A stretch of 64,000 bases of DNA from Haplodiscus bocki (GCA_965655095.1 OZ296649.1:92628001-92692000), one strand, 5' to 3'; counted from the first letter of the stretch, positions 1 through 13,131 are shown. A program made the numbers and translations. The notes: a model not told the origin generated them from the sequence alone.

Positions 1-591
1 AGGTTGAAATTGTGAAAGATGAAATTGCATGGGTTGAAATTGCTTAGGACGAAATTACATGTACGCGCAAGTAAGCATGGTGCGGATTCCAGTCAATTTG
101 AAGAATTTTTTGTACAGCCGAAAATTACCTGTGAACGAAGAATGACTTCCACAATGCAACCTTCGTTTTCGCTTACCCAGATATTTTTTTTCGAAAAGTT
201 GAACTCTTGAAATGGTCAATCTGGTGGAAAAACAAGCAGCATTTTGCTATCTGGAACTTGAAGTTTGTTATGTAACACCATGCAGATTTGTAACATCATG
301 TCGAAAGCATGGGATTTTTTGAAACTCTTCCTTCAGTTTTCAAGTCAAGGAGCCTTTTAGTACATCACTGAGTTACATATTCTGATCTAAAACGAAAAGG
401 TAAAACTTGCAGAAAATGTTTTCGAAACTTTTGTTGGATTTGAATGCTAGTGCCATCTTGCAGACAATTCCCCGATTCAAGAATTAATGCAACTTTGCCT
501 GTTTCTAAAGATCTGCCTTAAAAAGGTTAATTATGAATTGCCGAACATAATTTTCTACGGGCCCGATTGTTGTACCATTTGCATTTTGCAG

Positions 592-1057
592 GATTTCAAC
601 TCAGTTCTGGTTAGGTATTTCAACCCTATTGGTGCTCACGAATCGGGAAGAATAGGCGAAGACCCAACTGGCATTCCCAACAACCTTATGCCTTACGTTG
701 CTCAAGTTGCATCTGGGAAACTAGAGCAGTTGAGTGTTTTTGGCAATGACTATCCTACTAGAGATGGTAGTGGAGTTCGGGATTACATTCATGTCGTAGA
801 TCTTGCCCTGGGCCATGTGGCTGCCTTAGACAAACTCATCGATGGTTCCGTGTCTGGTTTGAAAGTGTACAACTTGGGGACTGGCAATGGATACTCTGTT
901 TTGGAGATGGTGAAGGCAATGGAAAAGGCATCAGGTGTTGACATTCCCTATGCAATCAAGCCCAGGAGGGAAGGTGACGTTGGAGAGGTATACGCTGACT
1001 GTCGTCTTGCCAAGGAAGAACTCAATTGGGTGGCAGCAAGGGACTTGAACACAATGT
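592..1057 (+). CDS. GALE: UDP-glucose 4-epimerase, penultimate coding exon (5' exons lie upstream of the window)
   Basis: Translation [40 protein letters not shown]...[26 protein letters not shown]...YNLGTG matches the GalE C-terminal signature. Acceptor ttttgcag| ends at 591; donor T|gtaaga starts at 1058. Confidence 0.96.
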
Positions 1058-1600
1058 GTAAGATCTCTCGTTTTCTAATCAAACATCAAAGAAGTAACCT
1101 GGCTTCCATCTATGTATGGGCTTGAGAATCAGCTGTGTACTATTCTTATTTTCAGATTTGCGTTCTACTCGTGGAAAACTATCAAAATGAATTGAAAAAT
1201 ATGAAGATTGGAGAATTAGATGTATCTATGCATTTTGTAATAAAAATGAAATTGTAACTCAAGAACCATTGCATCTTGCTTTTGGAAGTTTAAAAAATAT
1301 GCTAGGTTGCTCTCAATGAAATTGTTTTAATTTTTGAATTTTTTAAAAATTTCCATTACCGGAATGGAAGTTGATGAGGTCATTTATTTTGTAGTTAGCG
1401 CCTTTTACAGAAAAAAACGGGATCTCATTAATTTTTTGTCGAAAAAGCCGAAATTGTCCAAAAAAAGGTCGCCATGGATATATTTAGTCTTTCGAGCGGA
1501 GCCGATTTGGGCCGTTCTTGTCTTGTTGATTATTATGACGTCATCGGTTTAATATGAAATAAATGACAAATGGATTGTATATATGCAACTTTTGTTTCAG

Positions 1601-1656
1601 GTCGAGACCTTTGGAACTGGCAGAGTCAGAACAGAAATGGTTACCGGGAGAAATAA
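1601..1656 (+). CDS. GALE: GALE terminal coding exon
   Basis: Acceptor tttcag| at 1600. The phase-1 join gives C-RDLWNWQSQNRNGYREK*, the typical GalE end (DLWxWQxxNxxGY). Confidence 0.94.
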
Positions 1657-2249
1657 TAGCTATCCTGCTTGTTAAATAATTATATAATGGCTGATCTATG
1701 ATGAACTATCTGTTGAAAAAAGGGGATTGAGATTTTACGCGTCAATCTCCATTTACACAGCTAGTTTATGGCAATTGCAGTGATTGAAAGTTGCATGCCG
1801 ATTCAGCATAAATGACTCGAAATTGATGGAAACAAAAAAATTATATTCGTTATCTTTTTCGAAATGAAGTTATCACACTCAACTATATTTTCATTTCAAG
1901 TGTATCTCTAATTTAGTGTTGTACTTTGTCTCTGGTGAAACACAATCTATCGAATTTTGAATCCCGAATATTGTTGAATTATTCATAGCACCTTATCTCA
2001 AATTCTTTTCTTGGGTTCATTAAAAGTTGCACAAATATGCACTGTTTTGAATTTTCAGCCGTTAAGGCCTTATTTGAAAGTGTTGACTTATGAATTGACA
2101 TTTGAAGTATTGAGGTGCAGACTGTTACAGTTCCTTTTTCGCAAGACTACAGACATTTATCCGAATAGATCCAATTTTGAAGTTGCATTTTTACTCCTTC
2201 CAGACAGAGCCGAACACACCAAATGCTCGTGATCCCCCTCTGCTATTAC

Positions 2250-3002
2250 TGTAAAATTTCTGAAGCCAAACAACGAAAATGTTTCTGATACCCCCTTGGA
2301 TTTTCCATTTTTGCAGGAACAAAAATATCAAAAACTCTTTATTTATCCCTCGACTATCAGGCACTCCAATATCCGAAATTTTTTGCTGGTATGTGTTTTG
2401 GCTCAAGTAAATAACCGCCAGACTCGACAGAACGCTTCGAACTTTGACGTTTCATTCTCAAAAAAGGAGCTAATTGAATTCGGGTCAACTGGTCAAACAA
2501 CGCTCTCAATTATCTACCCAATAGTTCTCTGCGAATGGTGGTGGAAAACAGTGTGATTACTAAACGACCCTTTTTTTAAACTCAATTTTCTTGCAAAATA
2601 AGCTTCCAATTTTTTCTGAAAAACAACTATAAAAAAATTCGTGATACAACCCAGCTTCCCCTCATTATCCGCCAGACGGATCTTCACTTCTTTCACGAAA
2701 TTACCTTGCCTGCTTTTCGGCTGAGTTATATTTTCCTTCAATTTGATTATGCGCCAAACTGAGCGAAATTATTTTACATCTAACGTTTCATTGTTGAAAA
2801 TAATATTGTCAAACTCAGGCCCACTCTCAAATATCCGCTCAAACTTGCTGCGTGAATGCTGGCAATAAATTGAGATTTATTGAATTTTCCTTGGTATACC
2901 AAGTTTTCTTCCTAAGAAGACCAAAAGATTTCAAAGCATTAAGGGCTCCAGTTACGCATGTTTTCAAACTTGAGGGCGACTCTTGCCGTTATTCGCTTGT
3001 TT
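2250..3002 (+). mobile_element. Non-autonomous interspersed repeat, probably HINE/Helentron-like family
   Basis: The 3' end caaacttgagggcgactcttgccg...cttgtt resembles the 3' end of the element at 26300-26799 (caaaagtttgagggcggaaaacatgccg...cttgtt). The 5' boundary is uncertain. Confidence 0.4.
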
Positions 3003-3579
3003 CCTCTTGCTAGTTATTTTGAGCGTTTCCCGGAAATCGGCTGCAATCGGTAAATTTTTGTTCCAAATGAGAGTTACGAGTAGTTTGTAGTGAATGTTTT
3101 AGAGGAATAGACCAACGAAAAATAATTTGAAAAGGACAAAATTTTTATACGAGTATAAGAAGATATGCTGATATAGTGAGCAGCTATGTAACTTGCATTC
3201 GTTACTGTTACAGTACTTGATAATATTTTGTGCTTTTGCTATTACTTTTGGTACATTTTACCATAAAAATATCTTTAACTAATGCTAATATAAACAGTGA
3301 TATTTGCCATTGGTACTATTTATATACCATAATAATAGTTTTTTTAGTGTGGAGTTTTTACGGTTGCTACAATATGCAATAATGATGTTCACTTTTGCTA
3401 TTGCTACAGTCTGCAATAATAATCCTATTGTCAGTTACTGCTAGAGGTTTTTGTAAATGTATGCATGTTGCTTTTTTGAAACATTTTTGTCTTTGATCTA
3501 TCTTTGTAGAACTTATCCCACTGATTTGGCTAAAATGGATGCTTTCGGAATATTAATCGGAATAAAGTAAATACTTTAA

Positions 3580-3660
3580 ATGGTAGGTTACTGTATTATC
3601 TGCGATGTCAAATTACATAATCTTGGGAAACATGAAAAAAATAGGCATTCACGTAAAGAT
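3580..3660 (+). pseudogene. C2H2-type zinc finger fragment (Polinton accessory gene)
   Basis: MVGYCIICDVKLHNLGKHEKNRHSR fits C-x2-C...H-x4-H. Confidence 0.45.
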
Positions 3661-4089
3661 AAATGAGAAAATAATTGAACAAAAGACTGCTGTCGCTCAC
3701 GATTGCTATTACCCTTAATGAATAAGGGAACACTTCAAGAATAAACTGATAAGTGCAAACCACCTTGTATGTTGAACGATATAAGTTTCGTTTTTTTAAA
3801 TGTATTGTCATTATCCAATCTGTATTGGATTTAGACATTCAGTGTTCTGTAAAGAGGGATATAAGAAGAATGGTTTAGGACTGACAGAGTCCTCGCTTCC
3901 CTAATAACGAAACATTTTTCCAAGGTTGTAAGTGTACGTAACATAGATGGTAATTGTAATATCTGAAGATTATATAAAAAACAAGATGATTATGTTGAAA
4001 CAATTTTGAATTTTCTGCAACGAAAAATTTTAATCCTTATCTCAATTTACTTGGTACTAGGCAAGATATCGGAATTTTTTTCAGAAAAA

Positions 4090-5690
4090 CTCAATGATAG
4101 AACTAATTATGCTTTATCCGTATACTTCATATAATGCATCCCCCAATGAACATTTTATAGCGAATTTGTTTTGGAAGCAGTTAGAGAAAATGATTTGAGT
4201 TTAGAAGGTGCATCCAATCACTTGAAAGAGTAAAGTTTAATGAAAGTACCTGGAAGAAAAAATCATGCTTTATCAGGGGTATCTGATGAACTGAAAAATA
4301 ATGAAGAAATTCTTTGGCGACTGTTAAAAAGAATAGTCATGCAATAGCAAATGCATCTACTGAACTACGAATTGATAGAGAAACTGTTATGGAAGCCGTT
4401 ACTGAAAACGGTTGATCTCCATTGTATGCCTTTATGAATTAAAGACTGATGAGGAGATAAATAATGTGGCAAGAAATTTTCTATAGAAAATTTCTTTTAG
4501 TTTGAAATAAAGTATAGAATAAATCGACACCGGTTGAGAGATTTAGAAATCTATGAAAGTGCAATCTACTGTAATATCTGCAATACCTAATTCCCTGAAT
4601 CTCGGGATGATTTACTGGAAGAAATTCATTTAATAATTTTTTGACTATAGTGAATTGATTGTTACTATTCCGTCTGTCCAACAAACTGTAGGGCAATGAT
4701 ACATCCGGTTTTTTGTCTTGATGGTTATATTTATGACGATAATTGGTTTGAGGAATGAATTGTGGCTCGAAGGATCCGTACATTACCAATAACAAAACAG
4801 TTTTTGAATTTGCAAAACCTTGTAGCGTTTTTGATAAATCCTTGAATAAATATTAAATCGCAGAGGGATATCGTGTAAAGGAACTGATTTCAAATATTTT
4901 TCAGAAGACATTTCGCATTTTCATCTCAACTCATTTTTAGAAACGAAATGTTCAGTTTCAAAAATGGACGTATATTAAAAAATGCGCCTATTGATTTCAA
5001 ATTTGTTGGACAAATTGTTATGGAAGCAGTGAAACTAGTGGAAGCTGCTTCTTGTTATGGAAGCAGTGTTATGGAAGCAGTGGGTTTGCTGTAGTATATG
5101 CTTCTGATGCAATAAAAGGGGACAGAGAAGTTGTCATGACGACAGTTAAAAATGCTAAACCTAATTCTATATATTTACATATTTACTTCTGGATTTCTTT
5201 TCAGATATTTCTCCCAAGCTTTAATGAGTGATGGAGAAATTGTTATGGAAGCAGTTGAACAGGTTGGAGTTTTTTTAAAGCGTGTGCCTTATAACTTTGG
5301 TATGATAGGGAAATTGTTATTGAAGTTGTTCAACAAAGAATTGCTTTAAGGTCTGCGTCAAATAACTTTCAAAATTGTAGAGAAATTGTTATTGTGGTCG
5401 TTAAAATTAAAAGGTTTATGCTCTGGATCCTGTACTGAGTAGCTTCAAAACTGATAGAAAAAATGTTATGAAAACAGCTAAAAGGAATTCCTTCAAATTA
5501 TGCACCAAATAACTTCAAAAAATTTTGAGGCGGCTGTTGAACGAAGTGGCTGTGTTTTGGATCATTTGCCTGAAGTTTTTGATGACAGAATATGTTATGG
5601 AGGCAGTTAAACGAGATGGCTTACGTTTACAATATAGATCTCAAGGAGTCATAGATGAATGGAGAGACTATTGATGTTGCAAAGATTCAG
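4090..5690 (+). pseudogene. Degenerate DUF4116-like tandem-repeat protein gene(s)
   Basis: Repeated ~25-aa units such as DRETVMEAVTENG, DREVVMTTVKN, DGEIVMEAVEQVG and MEAVKRDGLRLQY follow the D(R/K)EIVLEAVKQNGxAL-YAS consensus. There are many stops and frameshifts, and the run is interrupted at about 4480-4900. Confidence 0.75.
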
Positions 5691-5849
5691 TAGGCAGAGA
5701 AGGTATCGAATACTGTTTGGAAAAGAAATTTAGACTAATGGAGCATATCAAAGTGCTGTTTGAGCCAAGTTTATTTAATATTGAGCGCTGCAGTTTTTGA
5801 TGAGTAGAATAAGATGAAAGCGCGTCTTTTCTATAGGTTTAATCGCTGA

Positions 5850-6200
5850 AACGGATTATCACTTTTAGTTACATTGCAATCTATCTTATTTCGTTCTTAA
5901 TTCTTGCTCTGTGAAAGCTCCTACGTGCTTTGATGAACTTTTTGATTCTTTAGTTGTTGTTTCAGGATTGCTTCGTGAAATTTTCAATTTATGTCATATC
6001 ATTAAAACTACTTACCTTCAAATCAGACATACTTCTCTGCCGTGAAGATCGACTAATACTACTCTTACGACATTTTTTGCTGCGTCAGTTGAGGGCTATC
6101 TATTTTTGCTTCATAGAATCCAAGCCTTAGTTATGTTTTCTCAGCTAAATTAAATGAAGGAGGACCCTAGATTATATTTCAATAATGTCTTTACTTTTTT
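5850..6200 (-). pseudogene. Small HTH-like Polinton accessory gene relic
   Basis: Fragments KIDSPQLTQQKMS and SRSSRQRSMSDLKVSSF resemble, from memory, the xPKLTQxxIxxxLGxSxSTxxRYRxDI proteins of marine-invertebrate Polintons. Confidence 0.4.
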
Positions 6201-7209
6201 ATGTAAAATTCCTTTGTCATTATTTGTTAAATTCCGGAAAATTTTTGAGTGAGGAGTGTTTATACATCGTTAAAGCTTATGAAACTGTTTCAGAACAAGT
6301 AAACCAAAACTTAGAAGAATTTGATTATAAAACAATAACAAACCAAATGGCCATTGGAAGATCATTAGTTGAATAATAGAAATTTGAAGACAACGCTGTT
6401 ATTGGAATGGGTGATGTAATCAATGATTTATCTATCGAGAAATTTAATTTGCCTTCAAATCAGTGGGTACGTTTAATCTACCTTAGTGAAAAGTTTGGGA
6501 ATTTACGATGAAAAGTTGGTGGAATGTTATATTAACCAGAGCAAAGTTAAATGAAACGCAAAAATGATAGAATTCCAAAAGAAAAAAATCAAATTTAGCA
6601 TCTTTAAAAAGTTGAGCTTCCTAGAGGTCTACCTAATTCTAATATATTTGTCATCTAATTGTTTTTGTATAATATCAAGCATTTTTTGTATAATAAATGG
6701 GTTATATGAGTTTTGACAACTTGAAGAAGCAAGTTTTATCATAGAGTCTCAGCAAAAAATGGACTACAAGATAATAGAATTGATAATTTTATCAAGAATG
6801 TGTAGAAAAAGGGAGAACAACAGTTTTTGAGGCATCAAAAAACGATGATGTCATAATTGAAGCTTATGTAGACGGAGATCTAGAAGAATAAGATTGTGGA
6901 ATATCTCTTATAAAAAATGATTATAATTGAAAACATCGCTACGGGTGATGTTGGAAATTATGTTAACCAATTTAAAAAAATGTTGGATCTTTGAAATGTT
7001 GTTTTATGCAGTTGTCTATTACACTGTTAGAATACAAAACTACTTTGGAGATTTCTATGAAAGCATTAGTTCAACTTCTATATGATAAAAAAATTCTTTG
7101 GTGATTTTGGAAGCACTGACAGAGTAATAAATGAGTTTTTAATTTTCAACAAGGGACGAACGGTTGATTTGAATGATGAAATTTAATATAGTAAATGATT
7201 ACATTTGAA

Positions 7210-7570
7210 GAATAAATATCCATTCGTGAATTTAGAAATGAGGCAACATCAGATTCGAAAATTAACAAGTACTTTATTCCTTTCCTGAGCCTCCCTTCTT
7301 TACGGACCAGACTGTACCTCAGAGAGTGACCATATACAATAAGTACAGAAATAGTATGTCCACTTCCACAAAAAGGAATTTATTGGCTTTCTGACAAGTG
7401 GGTGAAAAATATTTTGAAACTTATGATTTTCCCAACCAATCAGTAATCGAACATAATTTGGGAAAAAAAAAGTTTGGACGTCTGATCTAGATAGAAAATT
7501 GCCTTTATAGTGGCTATTTATATTTTCTTTGAAACGAAAATTTTGAGGATATTTTTCGAATCAGCAGACA
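7210..7570 (+). pseudogene. Adenain-like cysteine protease relic (Polinton A)
   Basis: Fragments NEATSDSKI, PQKGIYWL (cf. PxKGTHWV) and EKYFETYDFP (cf. YFDSYG-P). Confidence 0.55.
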
Positions 7571-7809
7571 TAAGACTGTTTTTTGAAAAAATTCAATTGA
7601 ATAAAGAAAAGTTACAGTTGATAGTAGTGTGAAATATACCCGTTTTTCTGCACACGCTCAATGTACTACGACAGCAATACTAACAACTAAGACTACTGCT
7701 CACGGAATAACTATTGAAAATACAACTGAGACCAATACGCGAGGAATAAACGTTGGAATTAGAAAATTGACTAATGATACAGCAGCTCAAGCTTTCAGAT
7801 TTTTCGAAA

Positions 7810-8830
7810 AAAATGAACAAATAACACTTGTAAAAATCGAAAACACTGATATTCTTTTAGACCAAATCGGGACTAAACGACAAGAAACATTGGTTTTTAG
7901 ACTATCTCATCCAATGGGATTTTGTTGTTTCTCATACCATTAGGACTGGAAGATAAATGTTTGTTAGTAGAGACTGGTTCAGTAGTATAGAATTTTGTTC
8001 TTTCAATATAAAAACAAATAATTATATAGTTCTTGCTCCAGGTTATCGGGAACAGCCTGTAACTGTTTGAAAAGTTAAAGAATTTGTTAATGTAAGGAAA
8101 ATAGGTGATGGAACATTAAGTGCAACTGAGGCTGAGTACCAGGGAAGACAAGGAAAATCTATCTATTCAGAGAGTTGGAATGAAAATGAAGACGTTTTTT
8201 GTTTGTTGCACCTTGATTCTGAAAAACCAAGAGCAAATATAAATAAAAGATAAGTAAATTAAATGAATGCTATCAGGAAAGATCAAGTTTTTGATATGGT
8301 TATGGCAAACTTGTTCAGGCTGAAGATCATCGCTATCAGAAGATATCACCTGGCATTTATGGAATACCATGTTTTCATACCACCTGAATTAACTTTGTTT
8401 AATCGCTATCCAACGGGGTGAAAAAGGAAACTGCTGATAATAGAATGAGAACTTTTCTGCATCTACACAGAACGCGAATCGAAGTTTTGATTTCTGATTC
8501 GAAAATTTTTTTTCCTTACAATAGTAGGATTTACGGAGCTAGTGTATGAAACAGGATCATATACAAGTGAGATACATTTTAATTTTACAACAATTGACAA
8601 ATTTCGTAAAGCTGTGATCGTAATGATGGCTCAATAGTAAAACGAAGTCAGAGAACCATCATTTTTTCGATATGTTTTAAATGAGCCTCAGGGATATTAA
8701 GATTTAGTGAGTGATAATCATTACTTTTTAAAAAAAAATCAAAAAGTCTGTTTTGTATAACAACAAAATACTTGCAGGACGTTGATCGCAAAGCAGTTTC
8801 TTTTGTTCGAGAAACAATGACGATCACTAA
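7810..8830 (+). pseudogene. Polinton minor capsid (penton)-like pseudogene
   Basis: Colinear fragments: TDILLDQIGTKRQETLVFRL; ISPGIYG; DSKIFFLTIVGFT; GSYTSEIHFNFTTIDK-CDRNDGSIV; VREPSFFRYVLNEPQGY; YLQDVDRKAVSFVRETMTIT. They follow the Polinton penton pattern (..CDxIxGSxVNG..P.L..F....P.GY...). Confidence 0.75.
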
Positions 8831-8854
8831 TAAGGGAATTATGGAATTCTCAGA

Positions 8855-9250
8855 AGAAATGAGTTGCCAAAAATTCAAAAATCATTCTTTCTTTGTTGGT
8901 GGTTTTCAATTTTTTGGTACGGTAGACTTTAGAGCAGAATCAAAAATACTAAAACAGGAACTGTATTAAAATTGACAATTGCCGCTGCGCGCAGTGTAGC
9001 AGTAGAAACTAATCAACCTTTCTGATGGCACTTTACAGGCTGAATTACTGGCACATCTTTCCAAAAAGCTGCGTAAAGGATCTGCAGAAGAAACCAAAAC
9101 CTTTGGAGGTGGATTGTAAACAGTCCAAGAAGAGTTTTGGAGTTTTGAATCAGGAGCACAAGTAGGTGTAGCAGCAGCTTCAAGAAGTCCTAAAGAAGCA
9201 CTAGCAACCATTCCAGATGTAAAATTTTATCATACATGTAAGGGATTTGG
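8855..9250 (+). pseudogene. Polinton small core/virion protein relic
   Basis: MSCQKFKNHSFFVGG ... CAQCS ... SDGTLQAE ... GAQVGVAAASRSPKEALATIPDVKFYHTCKG. Recalled similarity to small Polinton proteins ending in FYHTGKGL. Confidence 0.6.
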
Positions 9251-11387
9251 TCGCGGGACTTCTCGAATGCGAATCTTTTGCAATAACAGTATGATGATTT
9301 TTTTTCCATTTTCATATCATTTTCTAATGGCAGTTCATGATAGCTGTTATTTCACAACCTCAATATCATTTTCTATTATTCTATTGTATTAACAGTTTAT
9401 CGTAATTTTGCTCTGAAGAATCTATGACAAAAACAGAATATGATATTTATACAATCTATATCAATAGCCATTGTGACACTTTTTCCGATAATCTTTCGTA
9501 TTAACAGTTTATCATATTTTTTATAATAACCATAACAACAACGGATTATGATGGTTATCTTTTACAGATGAAAAGATATTTTAATTTTACCGAAAAACTT
9601 TTATTGGTACTTTATCCTTTTAGAATGGTGCTCCACTCTGCGTAGCAGCCATTTCGTTGTGCCAGATTGTATCTCGCAATTTAATTTTATAATTATGAAA
9701 ATATAACATAAACATTGATAATATTTCATATCTATTACCTTATTTCGTAGTTTTTTATCATTCTAAAACAGTCAATTTCTAAGTGCCTTTTCATTGTCCG
9801 TTTTCGCTCCAATTTGAGCCCTAGCGGTAAAAGATCATATCATGTTTTTTTTTGTATTCTCCGGATATAGATTTTTCAGACTTTGTCCATGTTTGAAACA
9901 TGAAATTGCTACTTGGGTAGTTCCATCAACTTAGCTAAAGTAGTTCAAGTCAGAGGAAACGTCGTTTCTGTGTTACGCATTAGCAATGAAAAAAAACTTT
10001 TTGGATACTGCTAAGTTTGGTGAATTGGACGCTGATGAATTTGTTCTGCAAACGTCGTCTATGTAATGTATTTTACTGTATTTATACAGTGTATGATTGT
10101 GTATTGGCTCGAGGTAAATTTACGTATACCGTTTTTTATTCTGTCTTAATGCACAGTTCATTGAGATTGGCTCCCTGAATTTGATTTTGGGCGTGGTGGA
10201 TTGTTAATGGAAAGCTTTTTTATGCCAACAAAGTTTTCGAGTATTGACGACGTCAAAAATTTTGTTACAAAGTTGTAGAAACTTGTAAACCTTGTAAAAT
10301 TTTTCTGTTATTCAGTGAGGAATCAATTTAGACTAGCATTTGCTGCTATTTTTAATTCAGAGGAAAAATTGTCCAACTATACCATGGGAAATTGCACCTA
10401 GTAGTGCACAGTCATTAGGCTGGGGCTGGAAAGGAAGAAGCCCTCGCAAAATAGACTTCTTGCAATCATTTCCGTAAGGCTCGAAAACCGGCCAAAAAAT
10501 TAGTGAATACATCTTTACCAAAATGCAACATTTTAAAATCGCTAGTACCGACAATTTTTTGTCTTATTTCTTCCCTTCTTGCATCAGAAGATAAAAAAAG
10601 AAATCTAGAAAAAATCAGGTTTAATTTTTAATTTTGCATATACACATTTTTTTTCGAAAGTGAAATAACTTTTATTTTTTGTGATAACCCCCTGGAGGTA
10701 CCCAAAATTCTCGAAACTTTCTCGTCTCTGGCATCGTCTCTACTGAGCGAATACTTCCCTATTTTTAAAATAGTACCTAATATGCAAGACAACCCCCCAC
10801 TTTTGCATGTTTGTTTTAAATTAAAAGTAACTTTTCGACTGGGTGATTGCACGCAGTATAAGTTTCATTTTTTCACAATTTTAACAACCTAGATAAATTC
10901 CAAACTATTGGTACGGCAATACTGACATTTTTGCTCCGTCAACATTTATGCGGGTCGTCCAAAAGGGGTATCTGTATTTCATCCTCTTCAAAAAACACTT
11001 TTGGACTCTCTGTGAAACTGTTGAGGCCAATTTTCCTTGATGTAGGAAGAGGAAGCGGTCATTAAAATACGTAAATGATGGACAATTTTTGATTTCATGG
11101 ATTAAACGATGAATCACAATCCTGACACCGCTTTGATTAACTGCTACGTTTCTGGGGGAAGAAATACTTTTTAAGAGTCTCTCTTTTCATTGTGTCGTCG
11201 GTACTCCTTTTAGTCTAAAATCTTCATCAACACTGAAAGGCCATTGAGTATGAACGCGTGGAGCTCAGTCATCGCTCAACCCTTTTCCCTGCAGTTAGAT
11301 TGAGGTAAGCGAAGTTATGATAGATGCAGGAATAATGGAGGCATTGGCGGCTGAAAATGAGATGGTTAGATTTTGAAAGCTTGCAGG

Positions 11388-11594
11388 GGTGACGTTCAAT
11401 TAGCCGACCGGTCAATTAACCGACTGTGCTATTGAACGAATTTGCATTGCGCGTATTTGAGTTCCTCCCATTGCTCGGAATTCTTACGTAACCGAATCAA
11501 ACTATCTCATCCTATAATATTTGAGAATTAAGCTGAAATCGGCTCATTGAAGAATCGGTTAATTGAGCCGTCGGCCAGTTGATACGAATCCACC
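11388..11594. mobile_element. MITE (~207 bp) with ~35-bp imperfect terminal inverted repeats
   Basis: Left end ggtgacgttcaattagccgaccggtcaattaaccga. Reverse complement of the right end is ggtggattcgtatcaactggccgacggctcaattaaccga. Confidence 0.75.
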
Positions 11595-12502
11595 TTTTAG
11601 TGTTCACTTAAAAGATGTCATCAAGAAAATTCATTATCGGTTTTATTTTGTAAAGATGAAATTTTCTATTGTAAGTAAGCCAAAACTCAGTTGGTGCTAG
11701 GACTTTTGGGGTTCAAATACTGACGGTGCCACAAAATTTTGGATAATTTCGAATTTTTTTTGAAAAAAAATGGGTAGATACAAAAATGATATTTTGATAC
11801 TTTTTAGTGCTGTAATGATGTCGAGAAAATAATAATACGGCTTCTGTTAAGATGCGAAACCGCAGAATATAGATTCGTAGTGGCTTATAATACCAACTTG
11901 TTCTCCAGGCCGCCAACGGTGTCTTCAACGAGTTCCTGAAACTAGTTCGCCTGCAGGGAAATTTGAAATGAACAAGAAAGTTAGTTCAAAAATCGATCTC
12001 TTCATAATCTGCAAGACTCAAGTACTGAAATGGCTACAAATTAAAAACTTAGTCAACGAAAAAAATGTTAACAATTGGGAAACCTTTTCAAACAATGACA
12101 CCAAATAATTAAATTTTTGAAATTTGTTGCCAATTCATGCTCCGACTTATTGTGGCAACCACAATCTTTTGGAATCTCTGACAGTTTCAATTGTAGCATT
12201 GGTATTGGGCGAAAGCAAATAGAATATTGGGAATAATTCGCAACTGAAAGTACAAAATTGGAACTTTGTAGAGCATAGCTTGAGCTCAAAATATTCAGGC
12301 TCACCCAGTGTTAGAATTAAATTCGAATTTTTCAAGTTTAAAACTAAAATCAGACTAGATTCGTCGCGTAATTAGGTCAATGAACAAGTTGTTCAATTCT
12401 GCTTTAACTAGCAAACGAGCTGGAGACGAATTTTTAGATTGAAAGTTTCTTTGCCGGTTATTACGACCAGGTCATGCACTTCTAGTGAAACTATCAGTAA
12501 GA

Positions 12503-13131
12503 CTAGTGTGGATTCGCCTGCAGCTCTCTTCGCATTTTGTCTCGTTTCTTCTCTTGTTTCTCCATGTTACGTTTGTTCACTTCCTTTCTCAGGTCGTCCA
12601 CTGTCTGAATTGTTTCATGGATCTTTCCACAACTAATTTCCCGGTTTTTGATCACACCGGAAGTTACATCCAAAGCAGTTTTTTCTTTTTCTTGTGTGTC
12701 TAAAATAGTCTGCACGCAATATGCTTCCAGAATTTCCAGAGAATTGATCATGCTGTCTTCGGCCGGAGTTTTTGGTGGAACTGGCTTTTTTCTTCCTCTC
12801 GTTATAAAATAGAGCCAAAGTCCAAAAGTCTCTACGATTGAAATTGGAGGAGGCAGAAATGTTTTGCTCTCGAAATCTTTCATGAGCCAGTACATTTCTG
12901 TTTTCCATTCGATATCTGCTTTTTGCACAATCTCATTGAAAATTCCTCCATAAATTGCTACGAGCAAGTTGAGCATGAGAGCATTTCCGATCACCACGAA
13001 GAAAAAACAAGACCATACAGTCACCCTAGCATTGCGTCCACCATACGTCCATTGAAGAAACTGATTGCCCAGAGACATCAAATATGGACGTAAAAAAATC
13101 CAAGATTTCTTCGTGTAGAACAGGTCTTCCG
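12503..13131 (-). CDS. TRPM last large exon: pore helix, S6, TRP domain, coiled coil
   Basis: RPYLMSLGN...NALMLNLLVAIY...ADIEWKTEMY...FLPPPISI...; stop TAG at 12505-12503. Confidence 0.9.

Larger units (their letters stand above)
3560..9260 (+). mobile_element. Decayed Polinton/Maverick remnant A (zinc finger, DUF4116-like cargo, HTH-like gene, protease, penton, core protein)
   Basis: Intron-less, AT-rich run of frameshifted ORFs. Several are recognisable as Polinton structural genes (see sub-features). No PolB, integrase, MCP or TIRs were recognised. Confidence 0.75.

Noticed and set aside
487-1125. 212-aa ORF as a complete single-exon GALE
   Set aside because: Both ends are intron read-through; similarity is confined to 592-1057 between clear splice sites.
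3079-3084. AGTAGT as the left terminus of Polinton A
   Set aside because: A 6-mer is expected by chance, and no matching inverted terminus or TSD was found.
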